Shown here: one piece after another, positions 52,001-64,000 of the stretch
Position numbering within the stretch: position 1 is the first letter of the stretch
Layout of the letters: each line of letters starts with the position of its first letter
Origin: Setoptus koraiensis
Taxonomy: Eukaryota; Animalia; Arthropoda
DNA: 64,000 nucleotides
Assembly (NCBI GenBank): GCA_048013815.1
Contig: CM106586.1
Span: forward strand, 4,030,001-4,094,000
Reading direction: 5' to 3'
The notes under the pieces: model-generated
The model's database searches: none
What the model saw: the letters and a program-made list of their open reading frames with translations, nothing else
What the model was told of the DNA's origin: nothing
Position numbers and translations under genes: made by a program

Positions 52001-55000
52001 GTACGGGTGTAAAGTGCGCTTTCAGACATTGTGCAGAGTGATTGCCAGTTGTTATTGTTGTCAATACTACTTAATTTGATGCACACTGGGCACCCTCTCA
52101 ATGAAGGCACCGGCCGACCAGCCACACTAAGCCGATCTGGACAACTGTTCAGAGACAGAGACAGCATAATAAAATAGGATGAAAATATATAATACCGCGA
52201 CACAAGCAACTCATAACAAAAAAAAAACTCATACTCTGGCCGCGTAACCCTTAATTGAGCCTTGTTACGTCGAAGGTATATGTGGAGTGATAATTCCAGA
52301 GCGATTTTGTTATTGTCAGGCCGTGTGTGATGTAACAATGCGCCGCTTTGATGTTACATCGTGAACGAAAATATCCAATCGGTCGGACTTTGTGGGATCA
52401 GTAAAGTTTATTCTAGCAATGAGTGACCATCTCGACTTTTCGGAAAAATTTCGGCACACACACACACAGCAATCTCTAAAATGTCAGCCAGCTTTGAACA
52501 TGGCCGAAGAGACTATGACATGTTTACATGATATTGCAAACAGTTGTCAAATTGGGCAAGTTTGGCATGTTCAATGGAAAGGATTGGGCACGTTCCACAA
52601 ACTTCCAGCCGAACCGAGCTCGACCGGCCGTGAACGAGAAATGAAGAACCAACAATTTCTCATGTGTCCAAAATAATAGATAGGATGGATTCGTTCTGGT
52701 GGCGCCTCTACATTTTCTCGCATGAGATGCAAGTGATTAACTGACCGGTCACTGCTGAATGACACAACTAGACAAGGGCACAAACAAACAAACGAGGCAA
52801 CATTGGTCCCGCATTGTTATTCATGACTGGCTGTCACTGTCCATTCGTGACAAACAACAGTTTGATGGGGCAAGCTTTTTATTATTTATTTTACTGTATG
52901 ATGAAGATGTGGATGTTGCGTGAACCAAAACAACATCACCGGCCAACAATAGTGAAAGGGTTAAATGAGTGGTTGGTTGTCAGAGAATTGTTATTTCACT
53001 AACAAACTCGGGCAGTTGCAGTTTTTGGCTTCGAAATCCTCTGCGAATGTTGAACACTCTGGTTGATATCCAAATCGACTACAACATACGGACAACCGGC
53101 TTTCAATTTGATGTACAACAGTTCACATCTGACACGACCCTCTGATCTGACGTTGAGCAGCCACTCCATCATGATGATGATGAGAGCGTCGATGAATTAT
53201 CCCACGCGACAGTTTTTGCTATGTTACAGAGAAAACATTTAATAGGTATGCTGATAGTTAAATCGGCAGCGGATAAATACAGAGACGCATCTATAGGAGT
53301 ATCAAGATAACTCGATAGTCTGATAATTTTGTGTATCAGTCCATCACTTAGCGGGCACGTGATAGACGCTGGTTTGGACACAGGAAACACTTGGATCCGG
53401 TATGTTGATTTTGTTCTTGTCATTCCTTATAAATCGCTAAGTACCCCGCATACATACATAGATACATAGATGAGACATTTCGTTTAGATTGGCTGATGGG
53501 CACGGAGTGTGTAAAGTTGTAATAACTGTATTTAGTACCCGTCGATAGTCGCTTTCGCTGCTGACCGGAAAAGGTGCAAAACTTTGTGCTAGTCACATCA
53601 TCAATATACATCGGCATGGACATTGGGTTTGCGTCCATTTGTTCATCAGTGGAACATGAAGTTAAATGACCGCCAGATCTCAAACGATAAGTGATCCACA
53701 CAGACGTGACAAATGTCACTTTTGTTTCAATCCAAATGCAGTGACGAACGATTGAAAATAGCGCACAAATAACAATTATCGGTTTTTGTCCATCTCCCAT
53801 CTCCCCTTCCCCCTGCTCGCCCGGTTTAATGCCATCTATTAGCGGCAATAGATGGAGAGATATACTGCTGTTGTCTGTCTGGTTACACTATCTGGCCAAC
53901 GGTGGCTCCGCTGGCCAGCGGGATTATACCTGCGCCAGTCATGCGTAGTGAAGTGTGGCTTGTTAGTGGACTGAAATGGAAATTGTCACGGAACGCGGCG
54001 GATATTTTTGGATTAATTAGATCATGTTCATTGATCAGCTGAATAGATCACTAAATAGATGCGAATGGTGCCAGCAACATTTCCCATTCGATGGCTGTGA
54101 CAGAAAATTCTATCGATTTAATCACAGTGAAACAGACAAATGTGTTACTCGCGATAATACAGTGCCCGAGAATGCCATCCATTTTATTTTATCGCGGCAC
54201 GCTGAGCTTATCTCCTAAAATGATCGAAATAGTAGTAGCAAATAAGTAAATTGAATAAAGTAAAACTCTACGCGTACATAATCCATACCCGATGGGGTAC
54301 AGGGGCCACGTTGAAGTATGTTACGTAACAAGCGGACAGGCTATTAGTGTGGCCGAATACAAAATGTGTGTAAGAGGCGCCGTCGATGGGTGATGTGTCA
54401 GGTTAATATTAACGCGCGCGCTAGTGTCAATGGTAATAATTATCTATCTGGTTTGCTGGGCTACCTTTTTTTCCTTCGTCGCCCCTCACAAAATGTCGAT
54501 CGATTATTCTTTTTATTCTCGATGACCGACAACTGCGCCCAACGACGGAACTAGATCAGCAACAACGGCAGCAACAACAACAACTACAACTACAACCTGG
54601 CTTTGCTGTTTTGAGGTAAAAAGCACCTCGGGGAATTGATAATCCACTGTGGAAAGCAACTAAGTAGTGCTTGTCCGATTATTAGTGTACAAACTAATGA
54701 TTTATACACGATGACTAGTCGCGTTTGGCCAATTCGCTCCGTATGACACAAACAACAAACAAACTCAGTGTACTCAATTAGTGACATAAATGCAAATGCG
54801 AATGCAAATGCGGCCGAAAGCCGATGGTCAACGAGCCTCCCAACCAACTAAAAAGGTAATGCCAGCAGCAGCGAAAATAATACAGAGTGTGACGGTTCCC
54901 GTTATTCACAAGGGCACCGCTACTCGAGCCTTCGCTACCCGACTTGACAGTTGGCTTCGTCGCCAACGCTCAAAATGTCGGCCGGCAAGGCGAAGCTTCA

Positions 55001-57239
55001 ATTAGAGCTCCCAGTGCGAGTGTAATATATGCCAGTAATCAAATAAAATATAAAGATACATGACGCGGCACGATGATATGTATCCACTCTGTAAAGCGGC
55101 ATCTGGGGCCCTGGTTGCAGTGCAGGGTGTATGTCCGGCGAGTCGGATCTCGGTACAAATAGGAATAAATCTATCGCCACCTTTCGTTATGTTTCAAAGA
55201 AACTGGTGCGTTGATAGTGCTTGCTGGGCAAGGTAACAATTATCAGCATTTGGCATCTAGTCCGGGCTTGTCTCTGTATCGTGATCGCGTGATTATCGCC
55301 AAAAATCATTTACTAGTTGGGCCAGAGAAAATGCCAAGAATAGAACCATCCAGACCCCATCTCTGCTTGGGTTGTACGATGCAAGGTGAGCTCTTGGGCA
55401 AATATTTGTGCAGCGAGCGGGTATCGTTTATCGTGGCCCAATTTGACCTCGACAAGCCGGCCTAATATCGGGTATTGTTTGCTGCTGACACAACAAGAAA
55501 AGAAACATCTCTTTTTAGATTGCTGAGTTTGCAATTTGTGTCGCATATATATCACAAAAGATGCACAAAGTGAAACGTGTGCGTGTGTATGAGCCCAACA
55601 AAAACTTGAAACCAAAACCAGTCAGTATCACAAAGTAGAAAATAGTATTTGTCTGTTTGTCCAGCCACAATGGCTAGCGGCCAAATGTAATCTGACACAC
55701 AATGGCAAGCTTACGGTTAGACATGGTTAGACAGCGGGTGGAAATTGCACTCGGGAGCCCCTTCCAATTATATTCTCAAGGGCCTATGTTTGAGTGGGCC
55801 ATATTTTGTGTCAGAAATGGGACAGAATATTACTGACGCATTGTGGCTCTTATTTTGAACGCTCGCTTTTAGCACAGATAACCCATTGAGGGCACTCAAT
55901 CAAAAGCCTCTCTTCTGGCCAGCCAGCCAGCCAGCCAGAGCATCTCATTTGCGTCAACTCAGATAATGTTGTCATTTGTAAACAATGTTCAAGTTGAAAA
56001 ATTTCAACAAATCCACCCGAGTCGGCACATTGGCGTACGCTTGTACTACACAAAACTTTCTTGCTATTCCCCCTCCCACTCAATGGGCTTTTCGAGTCAT
56101 CCAAGAATTGAAGCCATTCTGTTCTTGCTAATGTTTGACGTTTCCATTGGGAGCCGTCGATTGAACTGATTGGTGTTGAGAACTTGTTCTATCGGCGGAT
56201 GTCGAGCAAATCAATGCAGTTGATAGTGATAATAATAGAAGCATTCAATTTCTCCGAACGAAGCACAACAGCAGCATTTCTTTTTTCCGTCGATTCTTTT
56301 TTCTCTGTGCTTCCATCATGATATTATAGCTGATAGCTATAATATCATGATAGTTATGTACAAACAACTAAATTTAAACTCTACCAATGTATAAAGTAGT
56401 TTTCATCTTAATGTATGCAACACTCTGAAGCGGCCTTGTGAAAGCAAGACAAGGAGGAAATTTGTCTTACTTTGGACAAGCAAACAACTGGGTATAAACG
56501 ACTGCTGCTGCTTGTTCAATCAGTTACAATCATATCATCGACCATATATCACCATGAGCCTATATCCGCACTAGCCAAAAGTATGATAGTAGTGGATTTA
56601 AGCGCTAATTTGGGTGTCTACTTACTACACATCGATAGTTTGATAAATTGATGACAACCCAAGTTGTTGTTGTACACGAGCTATTTAATCAGCTTATTAG
56701 CGGCCAACTATTCTATCTTGGCTCGCATATCTAAATAGCATGAGTTACCAGATGAGGATCTTCCATCAACATGCTGCTACCACTCTTTGTATAAACAGTT
56801 ATATGAGTATATTTTGAGCATTGCGACCTTCAACAATAACGAAATCGACAACGATGCTATGGTTCGTTGATCAAATTACATAACTATCGCTTTGTTTATC
56901 TACTAATAATAGTAAGTCAATAAAGTTTGGTGACTAATTCTTATAAGATAAACATGTCATGATGAGAACATAAATGAGCATTAATATTTCGCTTTGTACA
57001 TGGCCATTTGCAATCTAATCCAATGGCACACAAGACGACAACTAAGTGGCGCTGCTCTATTTACAAATTAGATTGTCCAAAGAGATCACTATATACTCTT
57101 TAGTATAAAGCGCGATAAAGGACTTTAGCTATGGTTGCATGGACATGTTCGATTTTACTGCAATCTAATGCAATCTTTTTTGTTTTGTATCAGTCTCTTT
57201 GCTTTGCTGGAATGGGGCCTATTTCGGTTTGCTCGCTAT

Positions 57240-57710
57240 TTCCAATTTTTGCAAAAATGGACACCTCCGAGAGAAAGTTGTATGCAAGATGGGCCCCCAG
57301 GAAAGCCACAAAAGTTCGAAAGTGTGCGTATGGCGCCCAAAACTTTGAAAACTTCGAAGAAAGTGAAGATCAACCCAAAGTCGCATTGCTGACAACAGAA
57401 TGATGGTATTGCAACAGTTTTTTTGAATTGCAATGGTATTATTTTTAGTGACCCCATTTCCGCCAAAACTCTAAAAAGGTATGGACTTAATTTACTAGGC
57501 GAATTTGATTGAAAATATGAGGAAAGTTTTTCCAAGAAGAAGATTAGGCGTGTTTTTCAAAAAGCCAATGATTTTGGAATTTCAGAATAATGCGCTTATC
57601 CATTCTGCTGCAGCCACTGTAGAGGTTCGCAACGAATGCAAGTTTGAGGTCCTAGAGCACCCTCCTTGCAGCCCGGACATTGATCCGTGTGATTATTTTC
57701 TATTCATGAT
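57240..57710 (+). mobile_element. Degenerate mariner/Tc1-superfamily transposase relic
   Basis: Frameshifted fragments IATVFLNCNGIIFSD (cf. mariner MATVFWDxxGII) and FQNNALIHSA..KFEVLEHPPCSPDIDPCDYFLF (cf. HQDNAPAH..FELLPHPPYSPDLAPSDYFLF). There are multiple stops, and no terminal inverted repeats were recognised. Confidence 0.8.
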
Positions 57711-60389
57711 AATTTTTGTTACTCTATTACATGTTCCACTCAATGAAGCCAAAGACTTTCAGTGCACTCTATACAGTTGAAATGAAAGTCCAATGAAGCC
57801 AAATGAAACTCAAATTGAATGCGGCCACTCACACGAGTTAAGTTTACCCTTTGTGACACATGAGCGACTTTAATGGCGGGGACCCCATCATACCAGGTAA
57901 CATCATATAGGTTTTCTGCTATGGCTAGTTGCCAGCGGTAAACAATAGAGCAAATTCTTTTGTGCAGGAGCCTCTATAAAGCCCACTTTATTATTTTTGT
58001 TGGCTGCTTTGCCCACTCGGCTTAGCTTGTGAACAATTTGCTACAAACGGCCTAAAAATTCCTCAGGCTGCCGGAGAAGGTTTTGAACTTTAATTTTGTT
58101 TATGTTGGATATATATCTATTATCGTGCTACATGCTTGTATTGGGTCAACACTATAGCCCAAACATATACATTGCATGCCTCGGTATATACACGGTATTG
58201 GTTCTGTGTAATAGTAATTGTGTTTTCTATTTTCGGAACAATAGTGGCCGTGGATGTGCTGTAAAGCGTTGCGAAAATAAACCCGACCGGTCATAGAAAA
58301 ATATTTTGATGATGTATTAATAACTATTGTATGCGCATTACCCTTAATAGCCTATGTTTTTTCAAAAGTTGCTATGCACACTACGCCTAGACCGACCATC
58401 TACCAGCTCTGCCAGTCACTCAGATCGCGCAAATGCCTCTTCAATAATAACACATTAATAATTAAAAACCTGTCCCTATAGAGAGCCAATTAATAACTCT
58501 TACATTGTTCTCTCCTGATAGACTCAATAGTTTGCACTTCGCAGATTGTCAGATATTCAATTCGGATTTCGAATATCCGACAATCAACGACCAACAATTC
58601 GTTCGTCGCCACAGAGGTACGCTTTCATTAGGCCTGTCAGACTGTATGACGTAATCAGAAACCATGACTACTGTTTTACATAAATAATTAACCATGTGAT
58701 CCATATCATTATGCATCCGGAGAGGATGTTACCCCGAAGATGTAACAACCAAATCGTTCAGTCGATACAAAATATACTGATATGACGCTGAGGGAGGTTT
58801 GCTTTAGCTATTGAGATGTTTATTGTATGAAAGTCGAAACTCAAGTGAGCTAGTGTGTGCGATTTGCAAGTGAATCGATTTGTCTGTGAATATTATTCGG
58901 CATTGCATTCACTAGCGTTACAAAGAAAAGAATGCGCCATCTATGTTACATGAAATAAGATTCCATGTTATCATTTAACCGGATCTTCTCACCTCTTAAG
59001 AATCACCGAGGCTCGGGCTCACAGACAGAGTTGCAGAAAACATTAGCCTCATGCTATCCAATGAAATAAAAATCATTAAGATATCAACCCAAATAGCCGC
59101 TCCCTGATAATTTAAATTTATAACAGATTCAGATTTGAAATAATGAACTATATAGAGAGCGAAACGGAAATTGCATGTGCGAATTCAAAAAATCCAATCA
59201 TCAAAGCCGCAGAAAAGCGTTTCAAAACCATCGGTGCGCAAGTTTTAGAGGTGAGGGACGAGATGATACAGATCGATATCGACTACGACATATTTGTAGA
59301 TGGCTGGTGAAGTAAGGAGGCAAACTTTGATTGAGTGACGACGAATCGTCGCCAATGACGCATTGCAAATCGAGTGATCTGCTTTTGGCGGATATAAAAT
59401 GATTGTTTGGTATTTGTTATGCTGAGATACACAGTATTCGACTTGATTGAGCGCTTGTTCGGGGCATGCCATAGCGATGATTATGAAATCATTTATTGAT
59501 CAATCTCAATGTCTCGTTGCTTCCCATTCTTTATCTAGAGCTGAAAAAGAGCTAACATTTTATGTGCATAATCGGTGCGTATGGTCATTAATATTGTTAG
59601 TATTGGGCTATTTCAGCCGGGAATTTCGCGACAATTGTTTCCTTCACGCAGGCTGTGACGATCAGATGTGTTTATTTTCCATCGAAGTATGATAAACAAA
59701 TCCAAATTGGACAGACACCTTCACAAAGTAAAGTGTTAAAACAAAGAGTCTCTCAGAGTGGTCTGGTTATCCCCGGATTATGTGATCGAAATGATACCTT
59801 TATGGCCCATTTCCATCAGATGTTGACAAGAACTCTGACGATTTTTTTTTGTGCACCGCCGGCCTGAATGCAACTATACATGAGCTTCTTCGTGTCGGAG
59901 TCGTGCTTCAGCCAAGTGTTCAATTTTGTCACATGGGTGCTCAACGGGGGCCAGACAGGATCTTAGTCTGGTTGGAAATGGAAAAATTTCTCTGTACCTT
60001 TACTAAAAGTACATTGTATCGAACAATAGAAATAGGATTAGAGGTTTATTGCGCATACTGGTGACAGACACCAAGCTTTGTTAGATCGTAGGGAGGTTAC
60101 GAACGTAGATCTTTGAGATCTGTATTTGACTAAATCCCAACAAATGGTAGACTATCAATAGTAGGCCAACTATTGTAAAACTGACACATCTCATCTCATT
60201 TTCAATATTTGGCTTTGAGTTTCTCGGTGGAGAGAAAGTATTTAAACTCTCTCTTCTACTCTCTGGTGCCATCAATCAACAACTTATCTAGCAAGTGTAA
60301 TCAACTTCAAATAAGTAAGCAGTTGTCATTCATCAGATAACATAACTCGCAAAACGTAAAACCTTCCAACCGGCCGCAACTAACAGAAC

Positions 60390-60518
60390 ATGATGAATTA
60401 TTCTTTTATCGTATTTCTTGGCCTGTTCGCTTTGCTCCTGATAGCAACGCCGGAGATAACACAACCATGCTCCGCAAAACCACAACTCGTAACACTACCC
60501 TTTTATGAGAAGTTCTAA
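60390..60518 (+). CDS. Candidate small secreted peptide (42 aa: MMNYSFIVFLGLFALLLIATPEITQPCSA-KPQLVTLPFYEKF)
   Basis: TATA-like TATTTAAA at 60239-60246 and a 5'UTR intron 60315-60386 (GTAAGC..CTAACAG) ending 3 nt before an A(-3) ATG. The hydrophobic core and C-S-A cleavage site are signal-peptide-like. It falls below the 60-aa cut-off of the ORF track. Confidence 0.55.
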   Translation: MMNYSFIVFLGLFALLLIATPEITQPCSAKPQLVTLPFYEKF

Positions 60519-61263
60519 GCGGGGTTTCAGGTTCAGGATGAGGGGAAAGTAATCGGAATTATTGGCGTCCAAGTAACCAAGGAAACTTAGACGCCATTAA
60601 TTCATCAGTCAACCGACTGGCACCAAGATGGTTCTCATCTTAAAGATCCATATACGGGAACCGCTCTTAGATTTTGTCAGGTGGATATGAAACAAACAAC
60701 ACAACTATGTTTTAGCAGAATCAAAATAGAAGATTGGAAATGAGCGAAAGCGAGTTTTCGACTAGAGGGCAATTCAATTGTGCTGAAAACAAATGTCAAA
60801 ATGAATCAATAAACAGTAAGAAAAAGAATTATAAAATTGAAGTCTTGCTTTTGCGGCGTCCTCTCATATTGACCACGGTGAGCTGTTGTTGTTGTTTGTC
60901 TGTTTATTTGTTTCATACGGCCAAAGAGAGAAACTAAGACTGGGATGAAAATAAGACCAATTGTACCAGAATAAGTAGCCAAACCGACGATCGGTCTGGC
61001 CCCCGTAGATTCATTGATTGTTAGTGGTACCGCTTTTGCTTCAATGCATAACTCTACTGTACTATTCTGACGGTGCACAGAGAGTGCTGAGCAGCTGAAC
61101 GGACCATGTCAGCCAGTTTCATCCTCGTCTCTAATGATATTGCTGTTGTTGTTTATTTATATCCGCATTTGTATTCCTTTCATTTGATTACCACTGCCTG
61201 TTCACAACCTTATTTTTCTGCTTAATCAACAAACAATTGATAGTATCATTTCAGCTAGTTACA

Positions 61264-61983
61264 ATGGGAAATACAACCAGCCTAAAGAGACATATGGAAA
61301 CAGCGGAGAGGACGGGCGTTTTTCAACTGTCACGATCAAATCTTCATGAGATTCCCAAAGATCTTCAACCATTCTGTCACATGCTCAGAAATGTTGACCT
61401 TAGCTTCAATAAAATTCAGCACGTCTCAGATTGTATTGGCTCGTTCAAAAATTTAAAGATACTCAACCTGAGCAATAACAAACTCAAATCACTGTCGGCC
61501 AATATATCTCAATTGACCAAATTGGAGACTCTTCTACTGAGCAACAATCTATTATCGGAACTTCCTGATGAAATTGTCAAATTGGATAATTTAAAACGAT
61601 TGAATCTAGCCTCAAACAAATTCACAACATATCCAGCCACTATATGCCTACTTAAGGCATTGGATGTTATCGATTTATCCCAAAATGAAATCAAACAAAT
61701 ACCAGATGCCATCAGGCATAGTCAAGCGTCGGAGATCAACCTCAACAACAATCGGTTAGAGTACCTCAATGACGCTCTCAAAGATTGCAGTAAACTAAAG
61801 ATATTACGGCTTGACAATAATAGAGTAAGCCTAGATAGTATTACACCTGGCATATTGCGCGATTCTAAAATTTGCTTATTAAGTTTTGAAAATAATGGTT
61901 TCACTGAGAAGGCTCTCCAGGGTAGAGAAGGCTACGAAGAGTATTCGGAAAGATACACGGCAACTAAAAGAAAGTTAATCTAA
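61264..61983 (+). CDS. LRRC57: Leucine-rich repeat-containing protein 57, 239 aa, intronless
   Basis: The N-terminus MGNTTSLKRHMETAERTGVFQL matches LRRC57 ([21 protein letters not shown]). It has LxxLxLxxN repeats, a C-terminal EGYEEYSERYTATKRK, and a myristoylation-type MG start. Confidence 0.93.
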   Translation: MGNTTSLKRHMETAERTGVFQLSRSNLHEIPKDLQPFCHMLRNVDLSFNKIQHVSDCIGSFKNLKILNLSNNKLKSLSANISQLTKLETLLLSNNLLSELPDEIVKLDNLKRLNLASNKFTTYPATICLLKALDVIDLSQNEIKQIPDAIRHSQASEINLNNNRLEYLNDALKDCSKLKILRLDNNRVSLDSITPGILRDSKICLLSFENNGFTEKALQGREGYEEYSERYTATKRKLI

Positions 61984-62185
61984 ACAGGAGAGAGAAGAGA
62001 ATATTGAATGGATTAAATACGGATAGAGCTTTCTCTAGTCAACGAGATATACTAATAATAGAGTATCTGTGAGAGAATACAAAATAACGTTCATCTTGGC
62101 TTTGTAACAGAATCATATAATTATATACTATCATATAATATCCATATATAAATCATATTATTAATACAATAATCAAGAGATTCAC

Positions 62186-62536
62186 TCAGAATCCGTGGAC
62201 CTTCAACTGGTCTGGTTTGGCAAGATTGATTTTGGTCAAGAATGCACAAATATTATTACGTTGATCTCCCTGCAATTGAATGACTTCGCCGTACTCGGGG
62301 TGTTCCACAACTGTCCCGTTGCAAGCAAATTCTTTTTTGCATGCCTTGACAATTTTCTTCTTATCGTAATCGTCACTGATGCCCTGTACGGTGGTCAAAG
62401 TTTTACGTCCGCTTCTCTGTTGTATCCTAATATGAATTAAACCGTCCTGTATGCCCTGGTCGTCGGCCTTGTTAGCATCTGCAAATGGGTCATACTTTTT
62501 TAAATTTTGAATGCTACCGCCTTCTGGCTCTTTCAT
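62186..62536 (-). CDS. eIF1: Eukaryotic translation initiation factor 1 (SUI1), 116 aa, intronless CDS
   Basis: SIQNL..DPFADA, IHIRIQQRSGRKTLTTVQG, KKEFACNGTVVEHPEYGEVIQLQGDQR, LKVHGF. Confidence 0.97.
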   Translation of the reverse strand: MKEPEGGSIQNLKKYDPFADANKADDQGIQDGLIHIRIQQRSGRKTLTTVQGISDDYDKKKIVKACKKEFACNGTVVEHPEYGEVIQLQGDQRNNICAFLTKINLAKPDQLKVHGF

Positions 62537-64000
62537 GTTTTTTTGGTGATGTAATTAATTATTATAATTAATAATCAATTATAACAATAGCAGTTATGAG
62601 TAATAATAATAAAGATGATCGTGGTGCTTCTAGTGCTAGTGCTAGTGGTGATGGTGGTAGTAATCGCTACAGCACTCTAATAATGACGAAAAAGATAATA
62701 AATGTGATAGTAATAATAGTGATAATAATAATAATAATAGTAATAGTAATAATAGTAGTAATAATATATACTATCAAGACCTGATTTGCTTGACGATAAT
62801 AAATATAAATTGTATACGTTGTATATATGTTATTGTTGTGTGTATCATGGTTACTTCTCTCTCTCTCTCTCCCTCTTTCTCTCTCTCGCTCTTTTTCCCT
62901 CTTTCTCTCTCTACAGTGTGACAGCCATTCAGTGTCCGAAATGTCGATGTGAAAAAAATCCGCTAGGCGCGCTGTTGACTCTGCAAACGCACAACGAAGC
63001 CAGCAGTGTTTTGTTAAATGTTTCTCTTTCTTGATTTCGTGTTATAGCGGGAATAGAGACCAGTAGAAAGAGTAGGCGCGGTTCTTTGACGCGATGCGAG
63101 CATTGCTTGTTGTGCGGTTCGCTATTCTACACCAAGAGCTGTGCTTCTTTTGCAATTCATCGGGAAAGCATAGCAGCGCCGCCCTTGCGGAGTTCTTCGC
63201 GTTAATGTTTAGAACACTGTGGAGTGGGCATATAGTGGCTGGTATGCGCATGTGGCCGCTTAGGGTCGTACTAATCTTGTGTACCCTAAAAGATTAGGGT
63301 ACGACTTTAGTGCGGCTAGTTTCTCAAATAGCACTAACCGCTGACTTGGATCGGTACGGCCTTTTGGCGGATTTTTCAAAACGGTCAATAATTTTTCGAT
63401 CGAAACAATCGAAAATAAGCGGCAATTTCGCAAGTACCAACAATCAAAAGAATGTTCAGGTAATAGCGGTGGTTCTTTGTTAATCAAATTTTCATCATTG
63501 CCGGTGATTTCCTCATTGAAAAACGAAGCCTATAAATTGATATTAGAAGACACTTCATTGACGGTCGAAATTTACCCTTCAACTACTATGAAAAGCGATT
63601 TCCCCACCATCATAGCTGATTTTGCGAAGGTTTCGATCTTCACAAAAACGGGCTTGCACAAACCATCTGATTGATTGCAGAGAAAATCTAGCTAAAATTG
63701 ATCCAACCCATCCACTCAAACTGCCGTTTCAGCCGCAAAAATTGGGCTCGAGAATGCACAGTTCAGACCAGAGCCTAGTGCAGCGGTTTTAGGGCGGCTC
63801 TTGGGGTTTGTTCGACTGTGAGAATCAAAAAAGTGCGAGTTGTGAATAATATTGTGCCTACAGTTCTACATGCGAATACTATAGCGGCTATAGTATAGCC
63901 GGCACATCTCTCCGTCTCTCTCTCTCTCTGCCTGTTTCCCTTCACTCATTTATTTATATAGGTGCAACTCATGGATATTAACGGGTATTTTGCGGATATT

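Noticed and set aside
51870-52500. Partial matches to miR-210 (tgtgcgtgtgaca) and miR-2 (cagccagctttga)
   Set aside because: Matches are 13 nt only, incomplete or seed-altered, with no complementary star arm.
53169-53848. Adjacent minus-strand ORFs of 142 and 84 aa
   Set aside because: No motifs, no supporting splice structure, and not distinguishable from chance ORFs.

Overview
This is a eukaryotic (arthropod) genomic window. Compact genes, Q/N microsatellite-rich proteins and an HR96-class receptor suggest an acariform mite, possibly eriophyoid; that assignment is inference only. Left arm (1-27 kb): GC-richer and full of short tandem duplications. It carries the 3' part of a Neto (CUB-CUB-LDLa-TM) gene with a very long Q/N-rich tail, a convergent ~950-aa orphan gene, and ~13 kb without recognisable coding sequence. 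Centre (29-46 kb): a dense block of Prp8, a 7-exon WD40 gene, cytosolic carboxypeptidase 6 (AGBL4-like) and an HR96-like nuclear receptor. Right arm: a long non-coding stretch, a decayed mariner transposase, a candidate 42-aa secreted peptide gene, LRRC57 and eIF1. Main unannotated signal: the Prp8 locus appears to be a snoRNA host. Coding intron 2 holds a canonical H/ACA RNA with a guide for 28S helix 69. Two further introns downstream of the stop codon, separated by a 17-nt non-coding exon, each hold a copy of a second H/ACA RNA, with a compensatory stem change and a 10+10-bp antisense match to 28S rRNA. All gene models and RNA folds were derived by eye, and rRNA and homolog sequences were recalled from memory rather than searched.
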